From Corallochytrium limacisporum Hawaii (taxonomy: Eukaryota > Protista > Pluriformea), in the NCBI GenBank assembly GCA_002811645.1, contig PDIP01000122.1:247143-311142 (forward strand): a stretch of DNA of 64,000 nt, in the 5' to 3' direction. The stretch's first letter is position 1. The number at the start of each line of letters is the position of its first letter. The position numbers and the translations under genes are program-made. This document shows, piece after piece, positions 10,901-21,000 of this stretch. The notes beneath the pieces were generated by a model. The model saw nothing but the letters and a program-made list of their open reading frames with translations, was not told where the DNA came from and made no database searches.

Positions 10901-11098
10901 AGGTACCCGTTTGCCTTTCAGAAACTCTACGAATTCCTTGTGTTCTTCATCAACCTCGCCTTCGGTTTCATTGGTGTCTCCGTTTATGATTTCGTTGTTG
11001 CCCTCGTTCAAAGCAGAGGCTGGTCGCTTGTCACCAACCTTTGCCTCTTGAACTGTCTTGGGTTGCGACTCTGCCGGATCTTGGACCTGATCCGTCAT
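8000..11098 (-). CDS. Uncharacterised nuclear protein: split SAM-like module, Pro-rich linker, 4x C2HC zinc-finger repeats, C-terminal PHD finger + winged helix
   Basis: 1032-aa ORF with a good start context (accATG). It has four C-x2-C-x19-H-x3-C motifs and a PHD finger CCCG..ECDKC..WSHLACYG..CIFC at about 8321-8452. Confidence 0.88.
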   Translation of the reverse strand: MTDQVQDPAESQPKTVQEAKVGDKRPASALNEGNNEIINGDTNETEGEVDEEHKEFVEFLKGKRVPEWLIRCLEFSGFDTLEDLKHAYIAPAGERHLPTVVTGDAGSDAVGRPLFTQGMAGLIGLISSATSQAMSFGMHQDALGQIEEFVAAHYSQSPDADRDMLPEGSPLAVYLETHQGRRRPSSGAASGPPPFIIGVGYRLRLLRAIAELRGETPEYRLGGPVPPPMGGPPPPPFGAPPQHYGGPPPPLPPPGQPTSAPQSQGYAVDTTPAVSAAPTTVTPAVKASQQSTPATTVTAREPSKTILTGDGGIGFPTKEGNVQSAFKGKTIAQVLMSPLTRMEQGPEALFSAEERQKFKEKVGGENVEPKDVKKWVHKVMRGYCRTEGIVLDPETDYFVKKLTSGPGGISCRRCRAQFSLEREKLYVPDAFALHLRYCVAIQCRDLNDEEGAQCAREIVRYNIKQWQLANKDYMHLSEGKNFTIMAYIDRSTKKDMPRTRIRCADCRSAFYCPVNDGLSPASYFNHLASCVPIRRQFPLRRTKAPFEEDGSTPKKARVAEMDDASGVDGGLLKLARERIGVWKKDFGGASGKLTEGINYKLGGEPDDPKSLRLTCLDCKKTFTMNQGNDFSPFQYFEHALTCEKSVDDVKSGSEVRIGAGGIIRLKAYNNTDYPTHQIDENDPPVPLKREHSYDEVIKMRDALGEPPIVSQDGQLELDWFEYISDMVDDYCKDIKPERPVKNLDFRIYIFPEGAMQRLNARAICRRCQVKVNSRRICDFNPDPFRAHFEECVKNTPRPKSIYTCLSHDELFPNGVRTPSKPVVTEAAANETKAEAKQKVEDPVPKEVPKKEQTDSMDTDQKDPVTTEENGEAAAGDDKDEVYCCCGHNVDSWEAVECDKCKRWSHLACYGFVNDGSVPGDFQCIFCYDGESESAMKDRLIQLKKTFDTEDPQGISALRRLGLKTMEDEGEIRDDSFAESMQIDKRRGRKMLQYFEKAGIIKKGGGLASYRLDWTTEQINAAIVDVNRMTEAL

Positions 11099-12881
11099 GG
11101 TCCCCCCTTGTGATACTAACGTTCCCGGCAGTTTGCTATTTGGGCTTTTGTTGTTCCACTGATAGGCATCAATGGAAACTATTTACTACCTTCGGATACG
11201 ATTCCCATTCGCAACAGGCGAAAGTATTTCGGAAAGCCAGATATTTCTGAAGTACCTTGATTCAGCGTTGGCCGGATTCACCAGCACTACTCACTGAATA
11301 TTCCTTTCCGAAAATGCTAAGTTTCCGACTAGTCCTGACGTCGGCTGCAAACTTCCGGACTTTTTTTGTTGTTCCTTTTTGGTCCCTCCCTTTATCGGCT
11401 GGCGCAGGGCAGGCAACCAGCCATGTCCGGGGTCAGGCGCATGCAGCCGCCTGGCCTGGCCACTCTGCGGGGTCATGGGCCTCCTGCTGCTACCTTCCCC
11501 TTCCCCCCAACTCAAAATGTGACCGCGTACAGAAATTTACCCCCGGAGTCCGCGCCATCGGAAAAATTGCGCAATACTTTCATTACGGAAAGCAAGATCG
11601 GACGATGCAACGATTTCGTCTGACCAGGAGTCCTGAAGGCTGGGCTCTCCGTCTCCCCCACCACTTCTCTCCCTCTGTTACGTGATGGTAGCCAATCCAG
11701 TGTGGTGGCTTGTGGCTGGCTGGTGGCTTGCGTTGTACGTTTGGGGGTTTCTTTCTCCGCTGCCAAACTCCGTACTGCCACCAGCCGTAGCCACGCGCCA
11801 ATTGCAATGAAGGCGAATCCTCTCTGGCGGAAAGTACCAAGGCGTCGGTTGCAAGTGGTGTGGGGCAAATGCCACGCGAACACGAGCTGAGAATACTTGC
11901 TTGAGAATCCGAAGTTTACGCAGATGTGCGATAAAACCGGCGGCACCTGCATAACCCCGGCACTGAATTCCTTCAAACCGTCTAATGCTTACCCATGTGG
12001 GCTAGTCGTCAAACGTTTTTTTGTATTTCTGGAAGATTTCTTTGAAACCGATGCCAATCTTAGCAATGACTACGTTCTGGCCACTAGGTGCCGAAAGACC
12101 TAAAAACGATTTCCAAACTGCAAGGCCGTTGATATATTTTTGGGTTTCGTGTACGTTACTTGTTACATGGTAGTAGTGTTCCACTTACCTTTGTTGTTAT
12201 TGCTTCTGGTCAATGAGCCGCTATGTTTCACGGTAAGCTGGTACCCGATAACTGGAAAATCATTGGAACCCAAATCCATATGAATCGATACGTAGCGAGC
12301 AGAGTATGGAGCACGCGAGAACATTGCTGTCCGCCATGACCAAACCAAACCTTTGTGTCCTCCCTGGGCTGGGCAATAATGATACTTAGCAAAGTGGGAA
12401 AGAAGTCCCTGGAACAGTTCATTGAAGTCAAAAAGTAATAAGTCCGCGCACCGCAAATCCGAGGCAGCATTTTCAGCCCGGCGAAAGGATTCCAGGAGGA
12501 AGGACAGCGGAAAATCGCGAAAAGTAGACAGACGATAGACTAGGTAGTACTGGTCAGTATCGGCAAGTGACAACAACGGCAACAACACCGCCAACGCCAC
12601 ACAATGTCCAACAGGACTCTGTGGGAGGAACCAAGCGTACTCCCAGTCCAAGTATGAAGCCAGAGGGGCTCCGAAAATCACCCCGGTCACCCGGACAGCG
12701 GTCTTCCCTGAAGGAGTCTACTGGATAAGACTCAGTAAGACTCGCCATGTCACTCATTGTTGAGCTCATGTGAATACATCAATCGACTAACGCCAGCGAC
12801 CATGGCATGCACAACTGCTTGCACGATTGCACGGCAGCCTCCAATGGCGCTAGCAATAGAATGTTGCCCCAAAGTGGCATT

Positions 12882-13066
12882 CGGGCGCGAAATTTCTGCC
12901 TGTTGGTTCTTGACTCCTTACCTTTTGGGCGGGACGGGGTTCTATTTTCCAGCCATTTTCGCTCGCAAGCGGGAGTGTCTTCCGGGCGCGAAATTTCATG
13001 CAAGTCTCACTTCAGTGTTTATGACTGTGCTCAGGGGTCAAGCGAAGGGGGACGAAGCGCGCCAAA
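12882..13066. promoter_or_regulatory. Cluster of E2F-type sites upstream of SMC1
   Basis: An exact 15-bp repeat CGGGCGCGAAATTTC occurs at 12882-12896 and 12983-12997 (reverse complement contains TTTCGCGC). GCGCGCCAAA is at 13057-13066 and CCAAT at 12841. Confidence 0.6.
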
Positions 13067-13378
13067 TCTCGGTTGTTGGGACGGTGGAGGGCACTGAGAC
13101 TCGCCGTGTAAGAGTGACCGAAACGGACCAATGTATCCAAAGTCTCACATTCGGCCTATTTGCTCAGGTCAGAATCAAATGTCGCTTTGGCTGCTCACAA
13201 CTCCTTATAGAGCTTCTCTTGAAGGTACTACCGGTGCTGCTCAGGATAAACATGTATAAAAGGGCTGTTGCGCAAGGCTGTATACTTGGAACGTGAACCC
13301 AGAGATTGCAATAGGAACCGCCGGTCGGGTCCTGAGGATTATGGTATAAGGAAGTATCGCTGTTTGGGAAATACAGTC

Positions 13379-16300
13379 ATGGGTAAAATTAAGAGTCTTG
13401 AAGTCGAAGATTTCAAGTCGTACAGAGGACACCAGGTCATTGGGCCATTTGCCCCTTTCACTGCTGTGATTGGACCGAATGGTGCTGGCAAGTCTAATCT
13501 CATGGATGCCATCTCGTTCGTTTTGGGTGTTCAAGCAAAGGACTTACGTGGCTCAAAACTTAAACATTTAGTTGCAGGTGCTACGAATGTGGGCGGTGGA
13601 AGTGCAAAAAAGGCTCAAGTCACTGTTGTGTACGAGGATGACACCGGTCGAGAAATCCGTTTCAGTCGTAGCGTCAGTGCGGCTACAGGAGCTTCTGACT
13701 ACCGCATAGACGGCAAAATTGTTACAGCAAATGATTACATAGAGGCACTTAAGGCGCAGCATGTCCTAGTCAAGGCCAAGAATTTCCTCGTTTTCCAAGG
13801 CGATGTTGAGTCTGTGGCCCAGAAGACTCCCCAGGAGCTGACCAAGCTCTTTGAACACATTAGCGGATCAGAGCAACTACGAGAGCCCTATCAAAAAGCA
13901 GCACAGCAAACACACGCACTTAGTGAAGAACTCAGTGATTTGTGGAAGCGCAAGCAGGGTATCAGTAGTGAATACCGTGAATTGAAGAGACAGAAGGACG
14001 AAGCTGACGAGTATAAGAAGATGGAAGATGAAGTGGCGTCTACTCGCATTGACGCCGACTTGTTCCGCCTGTTCTACATTGAGAAGGACATGGAAAGCAA
14101 AGCCGCGTCCATTGAAGGGGACAGAGTTAATTTAGAACAAGCTCACAATGATTGTGAAGAACTTGGTATCAAAATCACCCAGGGTAAGGCAGACCGTGCC
14201 AAGCGGCGTCGCGAAACCGCTAAGATTGGCAAGGAGGTAGAAAAAATCGAGGACAATCTGGGCAGAATTAAACAAGAAGCCATTCAGCAGGCCGAAACTG
14301 TGCAACACACCCAAAAACGCATCCACACCACTAGTGGACACCTCAAGAAAGCCGAGAAGAACCACAAAGAGCATGCGGAGTCAATTAAGCTGCTGGAAGC
14401 TGAACTGCAACAGCAACTCAAATTGCAATCTGACCTTGAGGAAGAGGAGAAGAAGAGGCAGCAGGAAGCTGCTGACCAGCGAGACCCTGAACTGACACAG
14501 CAGTATCTGGAAGAGTACGTCCACCTCAAGGAACGGGCCAACAGGGTAACCTCGAGCGCTCAACAGGCCGTTCATCGACTTGGACGGCAGGAGAGCTCAC
14601 TGAATGATAAGATTCGTCGCTTGAAAATGCATCAAGATGATCTTCATCACAATATGAAGAATGTTGAGGAGGTTGTATCCGAAAAGCAGGCACAATTGAG
14701 TACCTTGAAAGAACAGCACTCTGAACTGAAAAAGCAACATACGGAGATGAGCGCAGAAAAGAATGAACTTGTGACTGCTGCCAACGAGGCACAAACTGAA
14801 GCGACTCGAATCAGGAACGAGCTGGACGACATCAAGGCACAGCTCCGTGAAGCTCGCAGTAATATGAATGAAAGTGCCAAGCAGAAAAAGATTAACGAAG
14901 CCATCGTGCACCTCCAGAAGACCCATCGAGGTGTTTACGGCAAAGTAGTCAATTTGTGTAAGCCGCGTCATGAGCGGTACCAATTGCCCCTTAGTGTCGT
15001 TATGGGACGCAATGCAGACGCCGTTGTAGTTGACACTGAGGAAACTGCTATCAAATGCCTGAAGTACATTAAGCAAGAGCGCATTGGCATCGTTACCTTC
15101 TTGCCATTAGATGGACTCCGAGTTCGGGATCCGAACCCTAAGCTCCGCTCGCTGGGTGGTACTTCCAAACTTCTTCTCGATGTTCTTAACTATGAGAGCA
15201 AGTACGAACCTGCTTTCATTTATGCTTGTGGTGATACGGTCATCTGTGACCAGCTGGCAGAAGCTCGCAAGATCGCGTATGGAAAGGAACGCCACAAAGT
15301 GGTAACGTTGAATGGCACTTTGATTCTTAAGAATGGTTTCATTGCTGGCGGTAAGGGAGGTGAAGCAAGTCGCGACCGCTGGACCGAGCAGAATGTGCAG
15401 GAACTTCGCAAGAGGAGTGACGACCTTCAACAGCAGCTTGCCGTCGTTGAGCGGAATCGTCGCAATGGAGACGAAATTGCTCGCCTTGCTGGTGAGATCG
15501 GACAGATTCAGGGCCGCCTGGATGGACTAGAGCGAGAAATCAACAATCTGGAATCCACTGTGGCAGGCCGTGCCAAGGAACTGGAGCTGAACAAGAAGCA
15601 AGTGAAACGATTCGAGCACGAACAGAAGGAACTGACCACCGAGGTCACCCGGGTTTCTAAGGAACTTGGTAAGAAGAAACAGGAACTTAATAATGCTGAG
15701 GACACGGTATTTTCAGACTTCTGCAAAAAAGTTGGAGTGGAAAACATTCGCGCTTATGAGGCTAGCGACGTACAAGAAGCGCAGAAGCGCCAGCAACGTC
15801 GCCTGCAGAACACCGAGGCCATTTCTAAGCTTCAGAGCCAAATCGAGAACGACCGCGCCCGAAACACAGAAGCTGACATTAAGAAGTTCCGAAAGCACCT
15901 CGAAAAACTCAACAATGCTCTAAAGAAGGAAACCACCAAACTGGAGGTTCTCCGAAAGGACACCACCTCTCTTGAGCGCAAGTTGGAAGAAGTCGAGGAT
16001 CATCGTCGTGCAGCTGCCAAGCGTGAAGGAGAACTGGATGATGAGCTGCACAAGGTCCACAACGAGCTCAAGAAGAAGCGAAGCGAAGAGAGGACGGTCA
16101 GGGATCGCATGACTGCTCTCTTCACTATTATGGAGCAGCTTATGGAGCAGAGACATAGTCTTCTTCGAACCTGCGCTGACAATGGCATCCAGTTGCCCAT
16201 GTTAGAGGGAAGCTTTGAGTATGTGGCCATGGCTAGTGAGTACCGACGTGCATCAGAAGACAGCGCTGAGAACCCACACGACACTCGCCGTCATTCTGCC

Positions 16301-17140
16301 GAACATGATCCTCACATGATCGCGCACGTGTCCAAGCTGCCGTACCAGTCTGAATTGGCAATCAAGCTCGACTTCACACGCCTTGAAGACAAGCTGAAGG
16401 AGCTTGAGACTGTTGAAGAATTGCAGGAGGTGCAGAAGCAGTATGAGGATCGCATCTCTAGCCTCACCACCAAGTTGTCCCAACTGATGCCGAACATGAG
16501 GGCAGGAGAGCGTCTAGAGGAAGCTCGTGAGCGTCTCGATGCCGCCGAACAAGAGCACCAGCGAGCGCGGGTTGCTCACACAGAGGCTCAGCAAGAGTTT
16601 GAACGAATCAAATTGGAGCGCAAAGAGCTGTTCATGTCTGCCTTCAACCATGTTCGTGAGCGTATCGATGGTATTTACAAGGAGATGACCCGTACCCAGC
16701 GTCACAATCTTGGGGGTCAGGCCTACCTTACTTTGGAAAATGTGGAAGACCCTTACGATTACGGCATTAAGTACAATGCAATGCCTCCCATGAAACGTTT
16801 TCGTGATATGGACCAGCTCAGTGGTGGTGAGAAGACAGTGGCGGCATTGGCGCTGCTGTTTGCCATCCACTCCTTCCAGCCGTCTCCCTTCTTTGTCCTG
16901 GATGAGGTTGACGCCGCGCTGGATAATGTGAATGTTGTTAAGATTGCCGAGTACATTAAGAGCCGCAGTGATGACTTCCAGTCGATAGTGATCAGTCTCA
17001 AGGACAACTTCTACTACAATGCTGACATGATTGTTGGTATATACAAGGACCAAGCGGAGCAATGCTCGCACACTGTGAGCATGGATCTAAGACGTTACGA
17101 TCGAGCACCTGTTCTGCCGCGTGAGATGCCACAGCACTAG
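13379..17140 (+). CDS. SMC1: Structural maintenance of chromosomes protein 1 (cohesin subunit)
   Basis: MGKIKSLEVEDFKSYRG, Walker A GPNGAGKSNLMDAISFVLG, LVKAKNFLVFQGDVE, hinge (GVYGKV..TFLPLD), PPMKRFRDMDQLSGGEKT, Walker B FFVLDEVDAALD. ATG at 13379. Confidence 0.97.
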   Translation: MGKIKSLEVEDFKSYRGHQVIGPFAPFTAVIGPNGAGKSNLMDAISFVLGVQAKDLRGSKLKHLVAGATNVGGGSAKKAQVTVVYEDDTGREIRFSRSVSAATGASDYRIDGKIVTANDYIEALKAQHVLVKAKNFLVFQGDVESVAQKTPQELTKLFEHISGSEQLREPYQKAAQQTHALSEELSDLWKRKQGISSEYRELKRQKDEADEYKKMEDEVASTRIDADLFRLFYIEKDMESKAASIEGDRVNLEQAHNDCEELGIKITQGKADRAKRRRETAKIGKEVEKIEDNLGRIKQEAIQQAETVQHTQKRIHTTSGHLKKAEKNHKEHAESIKLLEAELQQQLKLQSDLEEEEKKRQQEAADQRDPELTQQYLEEYVHLKERANRVTSSAQQAVHRLGRQESSLNDKIRRLKMHQDDLHHNMKNVEEVVSEKQAQLSTLKEQHSELKKQHTEMSAEKNELVTAANEAQTEATRIRNELDDIKAQLREARSNMNESAKQKKINEAIVHLQKTHRGVYGKVVNLCKPRHERYQLPLSVVMGRNADAVVVDTEETAIKCLKYIKQERIGIVTFLPLDGLRVRDPNPKLRSLGGTSKLLLDVLNYESKYEPAFIYACGDTVICDQLAEARKIAYGKERHKVVTLNGTLILKNGFIAGGKGGEASRDRWTEQNVQELRKRSDDLQQQLAVVERNRRNGDEIARLAGEIGQIQGRLDGLEREINNLESTVAGRAKELELNKKQVKRFEHEQKELTTEVTRVSKELGKKKQELNNAEDTVFSDFCKKVGVENIRAYEASDVQEAQKRQQRRLQNTEAISKLQSQIENDRARNTEADIKKFRKHLEKLNNALKKETTKLEVLRKDTTSLERKLEEVEDHRRAAAKREGELDDELHKVHNELKKKRSEERTVRDRMTALFTIMEQLMEQRHSLLRTCADNGIQLPMLEGSFEYVAMASEYRRASEDSAENPHDTRRHSAEHDPHMIAHVSKLPYQSELAIKLDFTRLEDKLKELETVEELQEVQKQYEDRISSLTTKLSQLMPNMRAGERLEEARERLDAAEQEHQRARVAHTEAQQEFERIKLERKELFMSAFNHVRERIDGIYKEMTRTQRHNLGGQAYLTLENVEDPYDYGIKYNAMPPMKRFRDMDQLSGGEKTVAALALLFAIHSFQPSPFFVLDEVDAALDNVNVVKIAEYIKSRSDDFQSIVISLKDNFYYNADMIVGIYKDQAEQCSHTVSMDLRRYDRAPVLPREMPQH

Positions 17141-17203
17141 AGAGACCAAACAATTTATGAATACAAAAACACAGCACATTTAGACCGACCCATCAGAGCT
17201 AAC

Positions 17204-18028
17204 CTAGTACTTGTTTATGACATATAGAGTCTGCCACCGTCTTTTATCTTCTTCAAACTTCTTCATTTGTGTTTTCATCATGTCCGTCATGTCCCGCAAG
17301 GTGTTATAATCACTCAAGAAACGGTCGTTCAGACAGTCTTTGTCCCACTTCCTCTCCCTATCGGTCGCCTCCAGCTTGACCTTTAATTGACGTTGTTCTG
17401 CCCTGGATCTTTTCAAAGCTTCAGCAAGCTCATCGTTCGCTGCACCTAGTTTCTCGTGGGACTCAGACAGCCGAAGTTTCTCCACTATGGTCCTCTGACG
17501 CTGATATTCCAGCTGGACCTGCAGATCCCTTGCTTTGGCCGCTTCAACATTCTTTAGAGCCTTTCTCAATTGTTCATTCTCCCCATGAATCCGTTTCTGA
17601 GATTCCAAGAGTTCAGCATGCAGGGAGGTAATCTTCTGCTGCGCCGCCTCTAGGTTTCTCTGCAATTCACTAGACTTTCTGTTACTTTCAAAGAGTTCTT
17701 TCTTCAGTTCTGAGAGCTGATTTTCGAGGCCAGTGATTGTGGCACTGAGTTGTGAATTCTGCAAAGCCAACTGAGAATTTTGCTGCTTAAGACTCAACTC
17801 TTCCGTTGAAGATCCCTGGGCCTGACTCGAGGTCTTCCTTCCCCTTGGTTTTGGAGTCTTGAATTGTATGCTATTGTCTTCAAATCTGACCAGTTTCGTT
17901 GTGACCTTTTCTTGGATTGAACTCAAGGGTTTTCGGTGTTCTGCAATAGCGAACGTTTTGATCTGTTGTTGCGGTGATCTCTTTCGCATGGATCGCGTCT
18001 TCCTCACTACTTGCATGGCGCCTGGCAT
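17204..18028 (-). CDS. Uncharacterised coiled-coil protein with basic N-terminus
   Basis: 274-aa ORF from the first ATG (acaATG, 18028). It has a long heptad-rich E/K/Q/L region and converges on SMC1. Confidence 0.75.
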   Translation of the reverse strand: MPGAMQVVRKTRSMRKRSPQQQIKTFAIAEHRKPLSSIQEKVTTKLVRFEDNSIQFKTPKPRGRKTSSQAQGSSTEELSLKQQNSQLALQNSQLSATITGLENQLSELKKELFESNRKSSELQRNLEAAQQKITSLHAELLESQKRIHGENEQLRKALKNVEAAKARDLQVQLEYQRQRTIVEKLRLSESHEKLGAANDELAEALKRSRAEQRQLKVKLEATDRERKWDKDCLNDRFLSDYNTLRDMTDMMKTQMKKFEEDKRRWQTLYVINKY

Positions 18029-21000
18029 TGTAGCTTTGCTATATTGCACGGCCCTGCGCAATAAATTACGTGCACACACTTTCAATATTAAGATCGCTTG
18101 CAGTTCTGTGTAATGATTCGGTCAAATACGTAATCATCCAATGGACGAGACCCACTCTAACTTCGACATGAGACTCACCGTTGTTTCTCACCTCCCCCTA
18201 CTCAACTGGTTCAGACGGTTCCCCCCCACTTCCCAAACCCTCTCCCCAACCCACCCAGAGTGCGCAGAAGGCCTGTGGCTCGTGGGGCCCGTGCGCAGTC
18301 GCGGTACATAGCCCGGTCCCCAGTCCCTTCGTGTCCCATACCAGACTTTGTGCCAACTGGCGTGAGGTTGCAGTCCTTTTTTTAACATAGTAGTGCCGGC
18401 GGGTCCGCTTCATGGGCCATGGCACTGTACAAGGAAAGGTATGAACTTGATTCGTCACATGCCGTAGATGCCGGGCCCAAACATATGTGTAAGCCTAAAG
18501 ACGGAGGCACTGTCGAACTTACGACAGACTTGTTTGGGCAGTCAAAGCTTGATGGCTTTGCTACCAATGAGGACAACTCCTCTATAAGGGTAGCATCACG
18601 CACACCTAAATGTACGCAATAATAGATGTCACGGATACCAATTCGAACTAAAGAGATGAAACGAAATGAAAACAGAGCAACGAGTCTCCATATCGTCACT
18701 CCATATTGAAGTGTTGATTCGATGACAATGGGCTCTTGGGGTAAGCAGTTCACGCTTTAATCGTCTGACTATCAGCAGTGAACGTAGCGTCAACACAGCG
18801 TCAACACCAAATTGAGTAGTATGTGTTCCAGTATTTTCACGAAGCACCGTCCGCTTCAATGGGTTCGGGAGAACTGGGCCGCCACGAATTGTCTTGGGCA
18901 CCATAGCAGAATCCGTGGTGACTTCGAGTGTGCCTTTGGTCTGGAACTACGTCGGGTACTCATCGTTGTGATTCACTTCTGCTTTGGAATTGGCCCTTGG
19001 CACATACGTCACCACATACAAATGAAGGAACACCCTGAGCAACACCTGTTAGTGCCATACTCAGAGAGGACTAGTGCAGCCCTTCCTATACATCAGCATT
19101 GTACAAAGTCCATCGGCCAACACTGCACAACTTACGAACGATTGCAACGTGCAATGACTTTTTTTTTTTAGTTCAAATGACAATGCAGGGTGCCGCCGTT
19201 CGGTTTGGCTGTTCATTATATGTGCAGGCGCAGGTTTTGATCGTGCCAACTCTTCAATTTCTTCACTTTGGAGTCTCCGGGGCTGCAGAATCTTCTAGAG
19301 GTCCTCCTCCCGCCCGGGGGAATCCAAGGCACCTCATTTTGCTCAGTCCCAAGGCTCCCAGCCAAAACGGGAGCATCACCTGCACACCAACAACCTTTAG
19401 CATCTGTTAGTCTCCATTGAGGACGGCTCCGATTGGCTTGACATCGCCATCGTGTGTCGCCTGCTGGCCTAGAAATTCTAAGCCCCAAGTGCCCACAATG
19501 CGATAACGAGGAGGAGGAGGAAGTGGAAGCCCACGCAATGCCTTCCCTGGAATTTCGACACTTCATTCCGATTCGTACAATCTTAGTACTAAACGTATAT
19601 CAAATTCGGCATAATCGTGCTACTTATATGAGAAGAATACGATGAATTTAAAGATTCAGTATAGTCGAAGGGGCAGGTGGGTTTACCTTTGTAGGAAAAC
19701 TTTGCGCAGAGCAATTCCTGCCCATTCGGGGTTCGTGCAGCCATGGCCTCAGGCCAAGGCAGCCAGGGTGCGGCAATACGCGTCTCTGTGTGTGTGTTTG
19801 TGCGCTCAGCAGTGACAAGACAAAAGGCAGAGAGAGCGAGCAGGCGGGGCGCCCCGGGGGCTCCCACTCAACCGGACCGGGGACCCGTACGGTACAGTGG
19901 CCCAGTACTATAATAATGGAATGTACAGCCGCAAGAAACGGACAAAAAAAAAAGATGAAAAAGGAAGAAAAAAAAAGCAAAAGAGAACCGACTCTCCCCC
20001 CCAAAAAGTTCAGCCCTCGCGCGCCCCTCTCGCCTCCCTCCCCTCCTCTCCCCGCTCACGATTTCATCCTGAAAGGTTTGCGCAGAAAAATGTGGGCGAG
20101 TCAGCCATATTCCCCTCCGTGATCGAGGACGGTGGAGAATGCGACAGTGTTGTACACCAGGTAGAAAGGGGCGATAGAGGATTTTCTCCTGTTTCTATTT
20201 TCCTATTCAATGTACGGTGCCTGGTGCCGAAAGGAAAAGGATTCAGCGAGTGAGACGTCAGCGGGGCCCCGCCCGTATTGCTTCACCTGTTTGTTTGCTT
20301 AGGCGGGATACAAATAGAACGAAGGCATCGCCAGCATGCGAAAATGCACCAGGGTTGGAGAAGGATAGCTCCTCTTACTGCGATGCTTGCGAGGCTCATC
20401 GTTACCTGTGTCTTTTGCATGGAACGCTCACTCTGCTTTTGTCTGGTTTTGTCACTAATATGGACGCTTCGGTCCCATTTGTCTGCAATGGTTTGCGCAA
20501 CGAAACATCAGAGTAGTCCGCAGCAATCGCCGATCTCACGAAGCAGCATTGATAGGAGTTACCAGTCCGGGTACGCAATCAAGCTATTGGATCCCATACA
20601 TTTCAGTACTTCAAAATTCATAATCAAACCAGTCGCGTGAAAAGAGGAGTCCGCTGACAAAGCCGTTATGGGTCTGCTCTCTCTCTCTCCCCTCCCCCCG
20701 CCCCCCGGCGGGCGCGCGTCCGTGTGCGTTTGGTGGTGAACTAGGTATGCTTTGAAACCTCTCTATTAATATCACAACACTTACGTACTTAGCCGAGAAT
20801 TCATGGAGACGCGAACGAATTTGATCTCGCTCTTACTATTGTTGGCAAGAGCATTGAAGCACAGTTCATATGAAAGACATGCTCTGCTTGTTCTGTGGAG
20901 AAGGACCAGAACATGCCGTCCTACTGTCGAGGTTAGTCCACGTTCCGGCTTCCGCTGGTACTGTAGCAATGGAATTGGTTCAACACAGTCTTCGAGGTCT

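Noticed and set aside
13268-13378. ORF-track N-terminal extensions from GTG/TTG (SMC1, GMD, PIF1, GH31, FIP-like, Myb) and the long upstream extension of FX
   Set aside because: This is a eukaryote. Homology begins at downstream ATGs that have a purine at -3.
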